Shown piece after piece: positions 1-14,231 of a DNA stretch of 64,000 bases. The stretch lies in NCBI GenBank assembly GCA_013265495.1, contig MU058418.1, positions 1,700,917-1,764,916 on the forward strand, given 5' to 3'. Position 1 is the first letter of the stretch, and every line of letters begins with the position of its first letter. The position numbers and the translations under genes are program-made. This stretch comes from Vicugna vicugna (taxonomy: Eukaryota). The notes beneath the pieces were generated by a model. That model was not told the origin of the DNA, did no database searches, and saw only the letters and a list, made by a program, of their open reading frames with translations.

Positions 1-2829
1 CATTTCTTAGTAAGTCCAAAGCAGACATTTTGTCCCCCAGCATTAGAGCTGATGACTGTTTATTTGGTTCAACACCGGATGGAGTAACTGGCTTGTGTTT
101 AAAAGCCTTATATCAAAAAGTATATGTCTTTTAACACCTGAAATACCCTCAGAATGGTGATACGCTCACACTATGAGAAGTCAGCAGGAACTCAGACCAA
201 TGGAGAACAGACCAGATTTCTGTTTTTCATTTCACATTCACTTAAGGGCATATGCTCATTGAGTGGAACGTTGGGTAGAACTGCCTGATATTTATATTAA
301 AAATATATTCTGCCTCACAATAAAATTTTTTTTGATGAACAAGAATAGTTAAATTTGCGTAAGTTAAATATATGAATAATGTAACTCCATTGTAGGGAGT
401 TACACATTACATTGTAGTTCTTAAGAGTGAGTTTTGATGGCATATTAGGGCAGTAGGAAAAACAGAAGGATTATTCCATAGGGAAGTGGGAAAGATCATG
501 GCCAAAGATACATTTTGCCTACTTCACAAATTTGTTTACAGTATAGACATGCATATGATGTATAAAACCTTTAAGTTGTAATGGCTTATTAACCATAATG
601 TCCCATATGAGATAACTGAGAATCTACTGTAATTTCTCTTCACTTTTGCAAACAGTAACTATTAGTATGAGAGTATCATCTTTGTATTTTACTATTTTCA
701 GTTCAAGATGAGGTCCAATTGAAAAAAGTAACTTGAAGGTGAGAACATCAAACCTGTAAATTGATTTTCTATTCAGTACCGTCAGCAAGCGCTGGCTATC
801 TTTACCTTGCAAAGCACTGTGAAACATCTAAAGTGAAGTCCATATAAAAACATTCTAAATTACCAAATTATATTAACAATTTACATATACAGAGTCTAAA
901 CTGGTTGGCCCAAATAGCAAAATGAAGTTGCTAGAAATGGGAATAAGTATTTTCATGAATTTACAAACTAAGTTTCTATTAAGAGTTCTTTTGTCTACAA
1001 ATTCAGTTTTTCAAGGAGCTTGCTGATATTCCTTTTATTTCCTAACTAGTATTGGTCATGCAGAAAATACATTAGTCAAGTGAATTATTGTGGCCTTAAA
1101 TCTGAAAAGGAAGCAGGGATGGGAGAGAGTTAAAAACACAGTTGAGGGGGATTATTTCATGGCCATACACTGCAACATGACTGTGGCTGGGATTTCATAA
1201 ATGCACGTGTACCACCAGCCCAATGGAGGACTTTGAAAGAATACAGATGGCTGAGCTCACCTAGGAACCATGACTGGGAAAACAACTAACTGAAAACACA
1301 TGGCCTATTGATACCAGGTATTATCTTCTAACATGAAAACCTCAGTTACAGGACTGGAGATTATTATTTGAATTGCTAGTCTTCAGCTACAGCACTAATG
1401 AAAATTATTTAAGCAACAATAACAATTCTCCCTTTTTTCACAAAAGAAATAATTTAGTTTGGCAGGTCTCTTATTTTTATGATATCCCTTTTTATTATAT
1501 TTAAGTACACTTCTTTAATAGATTACTCACAAAAGTATCAGACTGAAGGTTTTTGGGGTGGTGATTGGGGTTGAGAAAGGATGAGAGGGTTGAATTTAAT
1601 GTTCAGACTTTTAACTTCTCTGTCAAATCAGTTGTTAAATGTGGGAAAGTTATTATGAATTTATCATTATAGTTGTGCTACTCTATTCTTTGTGTAAATA
1701 TATGTCCCTTGGGGCAACGCCAGCAAATTACATCAGGTGTTTCGCTACAGTGATTAAATTAAAGCAGGAGTCCTTAGTGTCACTTCTTTGATTTCATTTT
1801 AACTTCTTAAAAACAAATGAAATGTTAACCATCTATATGACAAACTAGTATAAATTTTTAATAACATATCCTCAGTTTTCAGAGTGTGCATCACTTTAAA
1901 TTGAAAGATAAAAATAGCAGACATTTTACCATTTCTTCTCTCCAAGGACAACCCAGCATTCACCTGTGCAAGTACTTGTGCCACTAATAAGTAACCAATG
2001 AGCCAAAGGAGGGATTTTGAGGGCAATGAAGAAGTGGTAGAAGTTTCCAGAACATAAGGAATCAAGATTCAATCACAAAAATTCCTCATGTCATGGGAAC
2101 ACAATAGGGCCCATAATCAGTATATGAATAATACAAAATATTTTAATAACAGCACTGATCAGTTCAGAATTGACTGCTTAAGTAAGAATTCTGGGATCTC
2201 TCCTCTCTTAAACCATGTCATAATTCCTAAACTATTTTAAAATTTCAAAATAAAATATTCCAACATAGCATTGAGAAATTATCTTAAATAAGAGTAGTGA
2301 AAAAAAAAAAAGGCAATAGACCTGGGGTATAAATTAACCAAATTAAAACAACCTAGTAGATAATTTTCTAAGCATCTAACATCCTTATACTCAAACCATT
2401 TAGAGTGCTGATGATAAATATATGAATGCTTAGATAGGTAAATACATAAATATTCCTAGTTTTGGCTTAAGTACCACTGAAAAATGGGAAGATTTCTGAT
2501 GTGTAAGATATATTTTATTAAATATGCAAATACAGTAGATAGGGCTTCTATTACAAATTATATATTCCTTTTGCAAGTATTTGAATTCAATATGCCTCTG
2601 TCTTCCCACTACAAAAAACTGAAACAATATGAACACCATAAATTAAGACTCATTGGAAATAATTTTTTTCTAACAATGCTTTATTTTTTAAAAAATCTAA
2701 CAATGTTTTAGATCAACTATTATAGATAAGAAATATAAAAGCATGGTTTCTGTAGCCAAAAGACCAGGAGAAGGATAGCCCAGCAAGACAGAACATTTGT
2801 AAACAGTAGTCACTCTACTGCAGTCAAAT

Positions 2830-2879
2830 ACCATCACCACCAACCACCACCACCACCACCACCACCACCACCACCACCA
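2830..2879 (+). repeat. (CAC)n microsatellite
   Basis: Direct reading; explains the poly-Trp ORF at 2697-2918. Confidence 0.97.
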
Positions 2880-2889
2880 GCAGAACAAC

Positions 2890-5640
2890 AACAAAACTGT
2901 GGCCCTATTTTCACCCACATCAACAAAGGCTAAGTAGGGAGGCTAGACTCCCATCCTTGCCTGGATGTAACAAGGTACCCTAAAACCCCTGCCAGGGTAG
3001 TGTCAGAAAAGGCCAAGTAGAGCTGGGACTTTTATCCACACTGAGCAGTAATGCTCCTCATTCCTCCATGACAGGCAATGTCAGTGACGGAGACCATGTA
3101 GAGAGTCTGAACATCTATTCACATCAGAAATAATAAGCATTCCTCCTTCCCTGTTGGGGTGGTGTCAGACGAGGTCTAGGGGAGTATCAGGACCTTCAAC
3201 ATAGCCCAGTAGTAACGCGGTCACCTCCAACTTGTGTTGTCATAAGAGCAGTAACAAGGCATTCCTATTCCTTCTAGCCAGGAAGGTACCATTGGAGGCC
3301 TGGTGGAAAGCTTGAATTTATACTCCTTCCCAGAAATAACAAAGAGCTCCCCTCATCTCTCTGCTTAAGTGTTGATGGAGGCCAGATGGGGAACCTGGAT
3401 TTCTATCTCCACCCTGCAGAGAAGACAGTGCTTGTTCCTCCTGCTACTGGAGAAGTATTGGACAAAACCAACTAAAACATAACACTAAAATAAGATTCAG
3501 AGTTTCATAACATAATACCCCAAATGTACAGGTTTTAATTGAAAATTATTTGTCATACCAAGGACCATGAAGACCTTAAATGGAATTTTAAAAGACAATA
3601 AATGTCAACACTCAGATGACAAAGAATTGTTTTAAAGCAGCCATCATAAAAATTCTTCAACAGCAATTACAAACCCTTGAAACAAATGAAATATATAGTC
3701 TCAACTAATAAATAGAAGTTATAAAGAAAAACCATCAAATGGAAATTTTAGGACTGAAAAATACAGTAACTGAAATACAAAAATCAATGGACACACTCAA
3801 TAGCAAAATGGAGTGGATAGAGGAATCAGTGAACTAGAAGATAGAGCAATGAAATTACTCAAACCACACAACAGAGAAAACAGACTGACAAAAAACACAG
3901 CCTCAGAGACCTGTGTGTCTATAACAAAAATCTAACATTTGTGTCATTAGAATCTCAGAAGGAAAGAGCAAAGAAAGCAGGGCTGAAAAAGTAACTGAAG
4001 AAATAATGGCTGAAAACTTCCCAAACTTCCCTATAAATTAAAGAACCTGAGTGAGCTCCAAACAGGATGAACCCAACACCAAGACACATCACAATCACTT
4101 CTGAAAAATAAAGATGAAAAAAAAAATCTTGAAAGCAGCAAGAGAGAAATGACACTTAACCTGGGGGAGGGGGGGACAATTTGAAGAATAGAACATTTCT
4201 CATCAAAAACCACAGAGACCAGAAGGAGACTGCATGATACTTTTCAAGTGCTGAAAGAAAAAAACCTGTCAACCCAGAATTCTATATTCAGTGAAAGTAT
4301 CCATCGAGAAAGAAGGGGGAAACCAAGATATTCTCAGATAAAATGGAACAAAGAGAATTTGCAAACAGCAGACCAACTCTAGAAAAATGGCTGAAGAAAG
4401 TTCTTAAATTGAAAGGAAACAATAAAAGAAAGAACCCTGGAACACCAGTAAACAAAAATATGGGTAAATCAACAGGCTTTCTCCTCTTGAGTTTTCTAAA
4501 TTATGTCTGATGTTGAAACAAAAGTATAACCCTATCTGATGTGACACTAAATGGAAATACAGGGAACATTTAAGACAATTATATTATAAATGGGTGAGAA
4601 CAAAATGGCAAAAGGAAGGTAAAATTTTCACACTTCATTCAAACTAGTAAAATAACACCAGTCCACTGTAATATTATGTATATATAATGTCATACATAGA
4701 GCAAACACTGAAAGGTCTATACCAAAAGATACGCTAAAAACAAATATCCACAGATAAATCAAAATAGAATTCTAAAAAAATTCAACCAACCCACACAAAG
4801 GGAATAAAAAGGAAATCAAAATGAACAAAATGTGAACAAACAGAAAACAAAAAATGGCAGGTGTAAGCTCTAACATATAACATGGGTGCAAACCCATACA
4901 TACAATTATATTAAATGTAAATGGCCTAATATACCAGTTAAAAGACAGAGATCAGGACAGTAGATTTAGAAATATGATCTGACTATATTCTGTCTACAAG
5001 ATACTTACTTCAGATAATACAGGCAGGTTGAAAGGAGAAGGAAAAAGACAAATCATGTAAACATCAATCAAAATAAAGCAAGAAGTTCTGTGGATGGATG
5101 GTGGTGATGGTAGCACATATGAATGTACTTAATATTACTAAGCTGTACACTTGAAAATGTTTAAGATTGCAAATTTTATGTGTATTTTACCCCCATAAAA
5201 CAGGAATGTCTATATCAACATAAGATAGAGTAGACTTCAGAGCAAAGGAAGCTACCAGAGATAGAAAGGGGTATTATATCATAAGAAAAGGATCAATCCA
5301 GCCAGAAGATAAACTAATCCAAATGTGCATGCATTAAAGAGAGATACAAAAAATATGAAGCAAAACCTCACAGAACTAAAAGGAAAAATAGACAAATCTA
5401 CAATTACAGTTGGAGACCAAGATCCCTCTCTCTCAACAATTGACAGAACTAGACAGAAAATAAGGTGCAGAAGACACTCATCAATGCCAACAACCAACAG
5501 GATCTATATTTATAGAATATTCCACTTAACAGTAGAATATTTTTACATGCCCAGAATATAAGCCAAAGTTGACTACATTACAGCTATAAAACAAACCTAG
5601 CAAATCTAAAGAACTGAAATAATACAAAGTATATCCTCTG
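2890..5640 (+). mobile_element. Ancient L1M 5' portion (repetitive 5'UTR, decayed ORF1, start of ORF2 endonuclease)
   Basis: EIMAENFPN-like and ILKAAREK-like ORF1 remnants at about 4000-4150. Endonuclease remnant MKQNLTELKGKIDKSTITVGD at about 5355. A separate L1 3'-end fragment is nested at about 5083-5200. Confidence 0.85.
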
Positions 5641-6074
5641 TTCTGTTGTTTTTGTGTAGTGCTCAAAACTGTGACAGCTTGCATTCTGCATTTTGGGGGG
5701 TTCTAATTCTCCTCTCCTGTGGATTCTCTTTTCATCTCTGTTGTCCCTATTCTGCTCAATTTTTATTCCATTCCCAGCAACTGTTTCTCAATATGGGACC
5801 CTGTCTTAGAAAGAAGTCACAGAAAGGTTGATTTTAAGAGTTCATAAAGGCTGTACTGCTCCAGGCTCTTCAGTTCTTCTTACAATGGATCTCCTGCACT
5901 CACCTGAACAAAATTCCTATTAATTTCAGCTACTGTTTGCAAATTGGCCTGCCATATTTTCCAATGAATATCTGTAGACTATTTCAGGGTTCTCTTTCCT
6001 CTTCTCGGGTCTATTGGACACTACCCCCATTGCTGTCTTCTACCTCAACCCCAGGCATTGATACATACAGGTCC

Positions 6075-7375
6075 TGTCTCACTTGACTTCTTCCAAAATT
6101 GATAATGTTGATCAATTTCTTTTCTGAAATCTCTCCTCTCCTAGTATTTGGGGTAGTATCCTCTTTCAGGTTCCATCCTCTATTTCTGGCCACTTAATAT
6201 CAATCTCCTTAATGATTCTTGTTCCTTTTCTGTTGTATTACAAATATATGTTCTCCAATTTTCCATCTATCCTCAGCCTTCTTCATACTGTATACCTTCT
6301 CCCTGAATAATCTCACTCGTGCATAATTTTAACAATGAACAGTGATCAACGCTGTAATTACATCTCACACTTTCTCCTGAATTTGAGGCCCATTTATCCA
6401 GCTACCTAATATATTTCACCTTGCTATCCCACATTCATCTCAATTCCAACATATCAAATGCCAAACTTACCACCTTTCCCTCACCCATTCCACTGTACTA
6501 CCATCTCTTATATTCTATTCTCTGTCTTCATAAAGGTCTCACCATATATTCAGTTGTCTAATGCAGAAACTTGCAAGTCCTTGCCTAGGCTTCTCTGACT
6601 CCTTTACTAATCTCTTGCAAAGTTCTGAATACTCCACATCCTAAAACTGTCAAACCCCTTACCTTCAACTCCAACTCCATCAATTTGGTTCTTATCCATG
6701 TCTCTTTGGGATTATAGCAACAGCCTCTTCTCTGTCTCATTGTCTGTGCCACCTTCCAGCCTATCCTCCACACTGGAGCATTCTTTTTTATAGATCTGAT
6801 GATGTTATAGTTCTTTATAGGTTCCCTTAACTTTCAAAATGAAGTCCAGATTCTTCAAATGGTCCCTTCAAATTCCCTTCTGGATCTCTCCAATCATACT
6901 AAGTTCAACTTACTGAATTCAACTCAAGCATGGTAACTCTCATGATTCTGTGCTTTTGCACATTCTAATCTGACTAGAGCACCTTATCTCCCACTTCTTC
7001 AACTAGCTACTCCTCAGTCAGGCTTCAGGAGCCAGCTGAGGCTATATTCTTCTACAGAGACTTCCCTGATGATTCCCAATCTGTGTCCTCTCATTTCTAA
7101 CCATCCAAAGTCTCCTCTACTTCCCACATACTTCTGGAGTTGAGCACATGTTCACACCACAATATGACCTCAGGCCTTGCCCCATGATGTCATGTTCCCA
7201 GATGAGTTGACCTTCCTTCAGAGCACTTGCCACTATGTATTACAACTGCCTTTCACCTGTCCACCCAGCCCACAGTCCTGTCTGTGAGCTCCCCGAGAGT
7301 GAAAACTTTGCCATATCTGTTTCCTCAGTGAACAGAGTAAACACTCAATAAATGTTTCTTAAATAAACAAATTAC
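6075..7375 (+). mobile_element. L2 LINE remnant
   Basis: Pyrimidine-rich L2-type body ending in the typical ...CACTCAATAAATGTTT 3' end. Confidence 0.7.
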
Positions 7376-9255
7376 TGTGAGACATGATGTGGAAGAATTC
7401 TCAATGAAAATGAGAATTTGATTTTGAATCTGTATAGACTGAAAAGAGCATATCCTATCCTTTGCTCTAAAAGAAAAACCAATGCATGAACATTCAATAA
7501 TTCACTCGCTGTGGAACATAAGTAAAAAATGTTAATTTACAAGGTTTACAGAATCTGATGCAATACTTTTGCTCTCAAAATTCACTGAAATCATGACAAG
7601 AATATCTTTCATAAATGGGTCACTCTTAATCTTTTGTCTTCCAAGATCACAAAGGCCTAAAAAAACATTCAGCTGCCCCCAACTGGCCCTACTTATGGGT
7701 GGTGTAGGCAGTTTACTACAGACATTCCTCCACATAACTTGCCTATGTGATTTGATATCTTCACCATCAGTATTGCTCCACTGGATTTAGTCAACAAAGC
7801 AGTAGAACTACTTCTAAAGGACAGCTGTTCAAATGTTTGCATGATATTCTTTTTCTATCCTTTTCCTTTCAACCTGCCTATATTGTTTATTTGAAGTGTC
7901 TTGTAGCCAGCATATAGTTGGGTCATGTTTCTAAATTCATTCTGATCACTGTCTTTTAATTGTTATATTAGGCCATTTACATTTTAAAAAGTGACTATCT
8001 AGGAAATTAGGCTATATATACACTCTGAAAAGGCAAGCCACCTTCTCTAGCCTCTCCCTTTAACCCTAACATGCATATAAGATCAGATAGGAAGGGCCTC
8101 TCAAAATTTTCCACAGAGGCATTTCTAATCTTTGAGGGGAGAAAACTTTCATAGAACATGAAGTAGCGGCCAGCCCAAGAGTAGCTGGCCCAAAGCAGGA
8201 CAACTATTTATATCAAAATTTGTATCTTAGTCCCTAATATAGCCATGCTTCTGTTTAACCTAAAATAATGTTTTAAATTACTTATCAGGTAAACTACTTA
8301 TCTCTTACTCAGATCTGTCCCTCCCATCTCCCCAACCCCATCCTATTTTAAATTCCAGGAAGATTAATCGTATTTATTCTAGGTAGGAAAGATCATATGC
8401 AGATTTTACTACAAGGTGCACATAAAATCATACAGCTGGTATGGGAGTGGCAGTGGGCACAATTCCAAACAAATATTAGATGAGAGCACTTCATCTGGGA
8501 GAAACATAAAATAATTTAAAGGTTCATGAGGCAACACATTTTCCAGTTTGAAACACTAAGAAATAGTACCATCAATGAAAAGGACATCAACTTCTAACTG
8601 TACCAAAAGAGTTGTAAGGCAAACAAGAGAAAAATCTGCATTTGTTGAGGTACAAATAGGAACATTCCAAAAGAGAGGCATTAATTATTATTAAAAGCAA
8701 ACCGTGTAAATACAAAATAAAACCAAAGTCACTCGTCACATGATTCAAAATTTACATGTAATAAAGGCAAGGCAATAGAACCAAGTAATGACCTGTGAAA
8801 TATTTACTCCACTGACGTATAGCCACATATCCCAGACTGTAACAATACTCCAATTTGTGAAGTTCAGAGCTGTAAAAAGTGACAGGGTAAGTGCTTTAAA
8901 TGTTTTATTCTCTATTTCCTTGTCTATTTCCTCCACTAAAGAGCAAGTCTCTTGAGAACAGAGGCTGGGATATAGTATTTCTATCCCTTTTACTTAGCAC
9001 ACTTCTTTGCACAGAGCTGGCTTTCAACAAACATCTGTAGAATATATAAATGAGTGAATGATAGCCATAACTTCTGCAAGACTTGGAAAACATCTTGGCA
9101 CATCAGAACAGAAAAAGTTGGTATCAAAAAAGGAAAAGAGTGGATATTTATCATTTATATTAATATGTTACATATTGATATTTATTGATATATAACATTT
9201 GAAGTCAATTATATATAATAATAACATATATATTTTAATAACATGGAACTGAAAG

Positions 9256-9732
9256 TGTAACCAAGCAGGACCCTGTGGGGGCCTTCCAGGGGCAGATCCC
9301 TCTCACATATCCTCTGCCTTAGCTCCCCTCCAAAGTACTCAGATAATAGTATCTGATGCACATCTCCTGAGTTGTTTTACAGATGTAAAACCCCCACCAA
9401 ATGGAAGATGTTAACTATGTGATGACCATGAGGACATAGCTCCCAGGCCTACTAGAGCCCTGTTACCTCAACATCAATCAATCAGAGGACTATGCACAAG
9501 CTGACCACATACCCTGTGACCATCCCCAGCCTCTACTTGTCCTTTAAAAACGCTTTCCTGAAACCCATTAGGGAGTTAGGGCTTTTTCAATACTAGCTGT
9601 CCTGGACTACTTGTATGACTATAATACAATATGGTTACAGTAAACACTGCATTTTCCTTCACCACAATCCAGTGTCAGTAGCTTGACTTTACTGTGTGCA
9701 GGCAAGCAAGACATAAGCTTGGTTCTGTGACA
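9256..9732 (+). mobile_element. Solo LTR, ERV1-class, 477 bp
   Basis: TGT...ACA termini. 4-bp TSD AAAG at 9252-9255 and 9733-9736. TATA-like TTTAAAAA at about 9543 and AGTAAA poly(A)-like signal at about 9639. Confidence 0.88.
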
Positions 9733-12700
9733 AAAGGAAGTTGACTTACATAAGACCTTTAAAAATTTTTTCAAGAAGAAAATTGCATCACAGCAATTAA
9801 ATGTAAAAACAAAAACAAAAAATACCCAGAGAAGTAAATAAAACTGACTTTGGTATGAAACCTGGGTAACAGCTTTAAAAGAAAATTTTAAATGATGATT
9901 CATAAATATAAGTGTTGTAAAACAGAACAAACAAAAACAGGAATAAAAGAAAGGTAGTAATTACAGGAACACAGATTTTTAAAACTGTGTATATGAAGTA
10001 AAAATATTGGTCAATTCAGTGAAAAAGCCAAGGTGGTTGTCAGGCATCTGACTTAACTACTTTTTCAGTTTTCAACAGGTTTTGTGGCATGTCATAACCT
10101 TGTTCTAATCACATGATAAAGACAGCCAGCAGAGGGGAGGAACTTCAAATTTAAACGTGTCCAAATAGCGCAGTAGCTGCCCCAGCTGGGAGCCACTCAA
10201 GGACTGACCAACTGTGCTATTAGCCGAGGTGGCGTCTGCAACAGCACCTTAGGTAGCAGGGAATACAACCCCAGCCAAGAGAAGACACATGGATTTTATT
10301 TTTTAATCTTAAAAAAAAGTCATTTCAATTATAATGAGTCATAGTTTTACCATCTTTCTAAAGAATAGAGACAGTATGGCAAGTCTTTAAATATTAAAAA
10401 AGAGACTTTAAATTGCAGGAGAAATAAAATTAGTTGGAATGGTCTAGAAGACTGATGAAATTCACTTCCCAAGAGAGGCAGAAAAACACCAAAGCAGTCT
10501 CCAATTTTCAAGTAACCTGTTTATACAAACGGGCAAGCAGCAGTAATTCCTTCCTGTCTCCCAAATCACAACACCAGACTTACACAATCCTTAACCAAGG
10601 TTTTGAAGCGTAAGGACAAATACTCTGTTTTCCAGTTTGACCATAGGAAGAGCAACTTTCCAAGAGAGCTAGCTTCTTTTAGTAAGCACGTGGAATTAAT
10701 AAAATACTGGTGCTAACAAATAATCACTCACCACTAGCCTCTCTTCCTTTCCATACCCTCTTTCCAGTCTCTTGATCCTAGTCTAGAAAGGAAAGGCAGG
10801 AAGGGAAAACACAGCTTCTACTACTTAGATAGGGGTGATGTGGTCCTCAAAATATACATTTCCATAGGAACAGTATTATAAGTGGTAGTTTCTTATGGCA
10901 AAAAATTATTCAATTAGTATAACTTTTCAAGTAAGAATGGGCTGAATACTTTTTTGATGTGAGCTGATCCTTGAAGCGAATCACCAAGTCTTAACACTAA
11001 TTACACAAAGAAATATAAGTTGAGTCCTAAACAACTGATTTACAAACTAACTCCTGTTAAGAAACAGAGGAACTAACAATAGCTTAAAATTCTTTTGGAT
11101 CAATAGCTTTAAAGTTGGTTTTAACAAAATAGTAGGGTTCCATGAAGTTTCAAAGAGAATCAGAATCCTTTATTAGAAAGATTTAAAAGTTTTTTATTTA
11201 TTGAACACTTACCTGAGTCAGACTATAATGGTGCTCTTTTAATGATAATGTAATAAGTCAGCTGACTATTTTTAACATTAAGGGAGTTAGATAAGCTGTA
11301 ACACTGTATATTAATGAGGAACAACTACGTGAATTGACACTTTGAAAGAGAAAATGTTACCCTTTAAGGAATGTTTAAGATGGGTCCCTGTCATCACCTT
11401 TGCACTGGACTATTATTGTGTCAAAGATAGGATTCTAAGGTATGAAAAACATTAGAAGAGTTGAAGAATTGCAAAGAGTTTAGAAATTGCAGTTACTGGT
11501 TTTCTTTTTTTCTGTAACTTAACACAGGATGAAAATGATAAACCACTAATATGATATCAATAGTTTTTAGGAAAGATGTGAAAAAGGAGTTTTAAACCAA
11601 AGTCACACAGGTAGCTGAAACAGAATGGAAATTCTATAAAAACAAGGATTTTTGCCTATTTTATTATAGCCTCATCCCTTTGACTTTAAACAGTGCACTT
11701 AGCAGTTGCTCAATAAATATCTGTTGAATAAATGAATGAATGAAAAGTATCCCTCTATACATTGAAGAAATATTTAAGAAAGTTTTAAAGATAATTCTTG
11801 TTAATGTAAAACTAATAGTTCTGCTGTAAAAAAGCAGAAAATTATATGTATCTATAAACACAAATGTCAAATGATTAAAATTGACAATAATTCTACCACT
11901 AAGAGAAAGCTACTAACACAGGTATAGTTACTTCCAGTTCTTTTTTTTAATGCATATTTTTAGAGTTGAGATCAAACATTACTTAGTCTATCTAGCCTTC
12001 ATTGTACACTTCCACTTTTAATGTAAGCCTTTTCCAATGTTGAAAACAAGGGTCTTCTTAAATACTTTTTAAATGTTATAGTCAAACATTCAAAAAGACC
12101 TGAAATACACTTTTTAGTGACAAGTAAATTTTATATAAGGTACTGGTACTGGATTATTCTCCAGTCATTGGTATTGAATTTGTGATTTACAGGCTTAATG
12201 GCAAATCTATCATACAGGAAACATTACCATCAAGTGTGTTGTTTTGAGAGAAGACAGGATATACCTCTAGTTCATTGATTTGTTCATCCACTAACAAATA
12301 TCTATTATTGGCTTACTACTTGCTAAGTACTGAGGATATAATGACCAAAACTAGAGTTGTTGCTTATACAGCTTATAATCTAGTCAAGGTAGACAGACAT
12401 TAACTGACCAATCAACAAATGAATTTAAAATTAAAACTGCCAAGATAGTAGGCAAGAAAATAATCACTTCAAAAATTTCTATTATTGTAAAATTTGAAAC
12501 TTTTTTGCACATGCTATTTTTATTTATAATTTATTTCTGTCCTTTACTTTTTCTTACTGATTCTTAAGAACTTTTAATACATTAGAATATTAACTTTTTT
12601 CATACACAATGCAACTTTTGTTTCCAATTTGTTCTCTGTATTTTAATTTTATGGTATGTTTTTGGTGTATTTAATTTTTATGCAATCAAAACTATCTTCT

Positions 12701-13647
12701 CTGTTAAAAGTTTGCTCCTTTGTCGTTATGCTTTAAAAGACCTTTCCTAACTTGAGGTCAAATTAAATACCAGTTACATTTGTTAGCGTGAGATAGGTTC
12801 AAATTCCATTATTTTCCCCAAGAAGTTGAGCAGTTGTTCCAGCACACTTATGGAACAAGCCCTTACTTCCAGTGGGATATATTTTTGATGCTCTAGGTAC
12901 CGATCCTCACCTTTACCCACTGGTGGCTATGTGATGCCCCTTCCTCTTCAGCCTATTTTCTAGAAAGAGAATGCTCTCCCCACCTGGTCTTCGGGTGGAG
13001 AGAGGAGATTGGGGATAGGATAACTCTGGCCCTAACCTCCCTCTAATTTATATTTTCCATCCAACTTCTCTCCACCTTCCTCTCCTACCCTTCTTGGGTC
13101 CTCAGGTTAAGTTCAGATTCTACTCCCATGTTTTCAAGTTGTAGGGCATTTTTCAGATATGTAATTTGGTATTAACTACTGAAAGAATATATTAAAAATA
13201 TGGTTATTCCAATCAACAATATGGTTCCCCCAAACTCAGTGATCAATAGAAAAGAAAAGATCACTAAGTGAAAACAGCGCCTGGCAAAGATTATTTCAAA
13301 TTTTCCAAAATCTTGTAAGTTATTAGATTAATTGCATATGATATATGATAGGCCCTCCATAAATGTTTGTTGTAGGGAAACATTTATCTTTTTAGGTCTG
13401 AAAATACAGTTTCAAATAGTTTGGGAATAGTTTCAATTTTCAGAATTTCTAATGTCAGAATATTTTGTGCAAATATAAAATACAGAGAAGAAAATATCCT
13501 AAAACTTACTCATAATAAACTTCACTATGATTCATAATTAAGTAAACATCTGATATTTTCTGGTAGCTAGCCACCAGTAAGAGCTTTATTTCTGTAACAA
13601 TGAGAGGAATCACTACATTAAAAAGAATTTTTAAAAATTCTTAACTT

Positions 13648-13786
13648 GGAGGAAGGTATAACTCAAGTGGTAGAGCACATGCTTAGCATGCATGAGGTCC
13701 TGGGTTCAATCCTCAGTACCTCCTCCAAATACAAACAAATAAATAAACCTAATTATCTCCCCCTCATAAAACAAACAAAAAAGAAA
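13648..13786 (+). mobile_element. tRNA-Ala-derived SINE (camelid Vic-1 type)
   Basis: A box and B box, AAACCTAATTA tail motif, A-tail, and near-perfect TSD TAAAAATTCTT(T)AACT. Confidence 0.9.
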
Positions 13787-13802
13787 TAAAAATTCTTTAA
13801 CT

Positions 13803-13900
13803 ATGTATGGTAATGGATGTTAACTAGACTTATTGTGGTGATCATTATGTTGTATATCTGAAACTAATACCATGTTGTATGTTAATTATACCTCAAAATT
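13803..13900 (+). mobile_element. Old L1MA-type 3'-end fragment
   Basis: GGATGTTAACTAGACTTATTGTGGTGATCAT...TAATTATACCTCAAAA. Confidence 0.7.
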
Positions 13901-14231
13901 TTTTTTTAAATTTTCAGGCTCCACTTATTCATGATTTTATTCATTAAATCTCCTCCTAGAAAGCTAATTGTTAATTCTAAGAACAGGCAATATAGGCAAA
14001 TTAAAAGTAGTTATAATCATCAAATGCCTTGGTAGTTGCAGACAATGGACATTAGGCCAACCCAAACTCCATTTCCTACCCCCTTCTCCACTGCCTGTCT
14101 CTATGACACTTGGTTGCCCAGCCTCCCTTGAGAGATCATGTTACACAATTCTGGCCAATGAGACAGAAGCAGAAATCTGTTAGCACTGCCTCTTTATTTC
14201 CCTTCTTACTGACAGGGACATATTTGTGATG

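Noticed and set aside
2697..2918. Poly-tryptophan ORF
   Set aside because: It is the reverse translation of a (CAC)n microsatellite.
7556..9790. Two perfect ATF4/CEBP CARE 9-mers (TGATGCAAT at 7556; reverse copy at 9782)
   Set aside because: Roughly one match is expected by chance in 64 kb of AT-rich DNA, and there is no supporting context.
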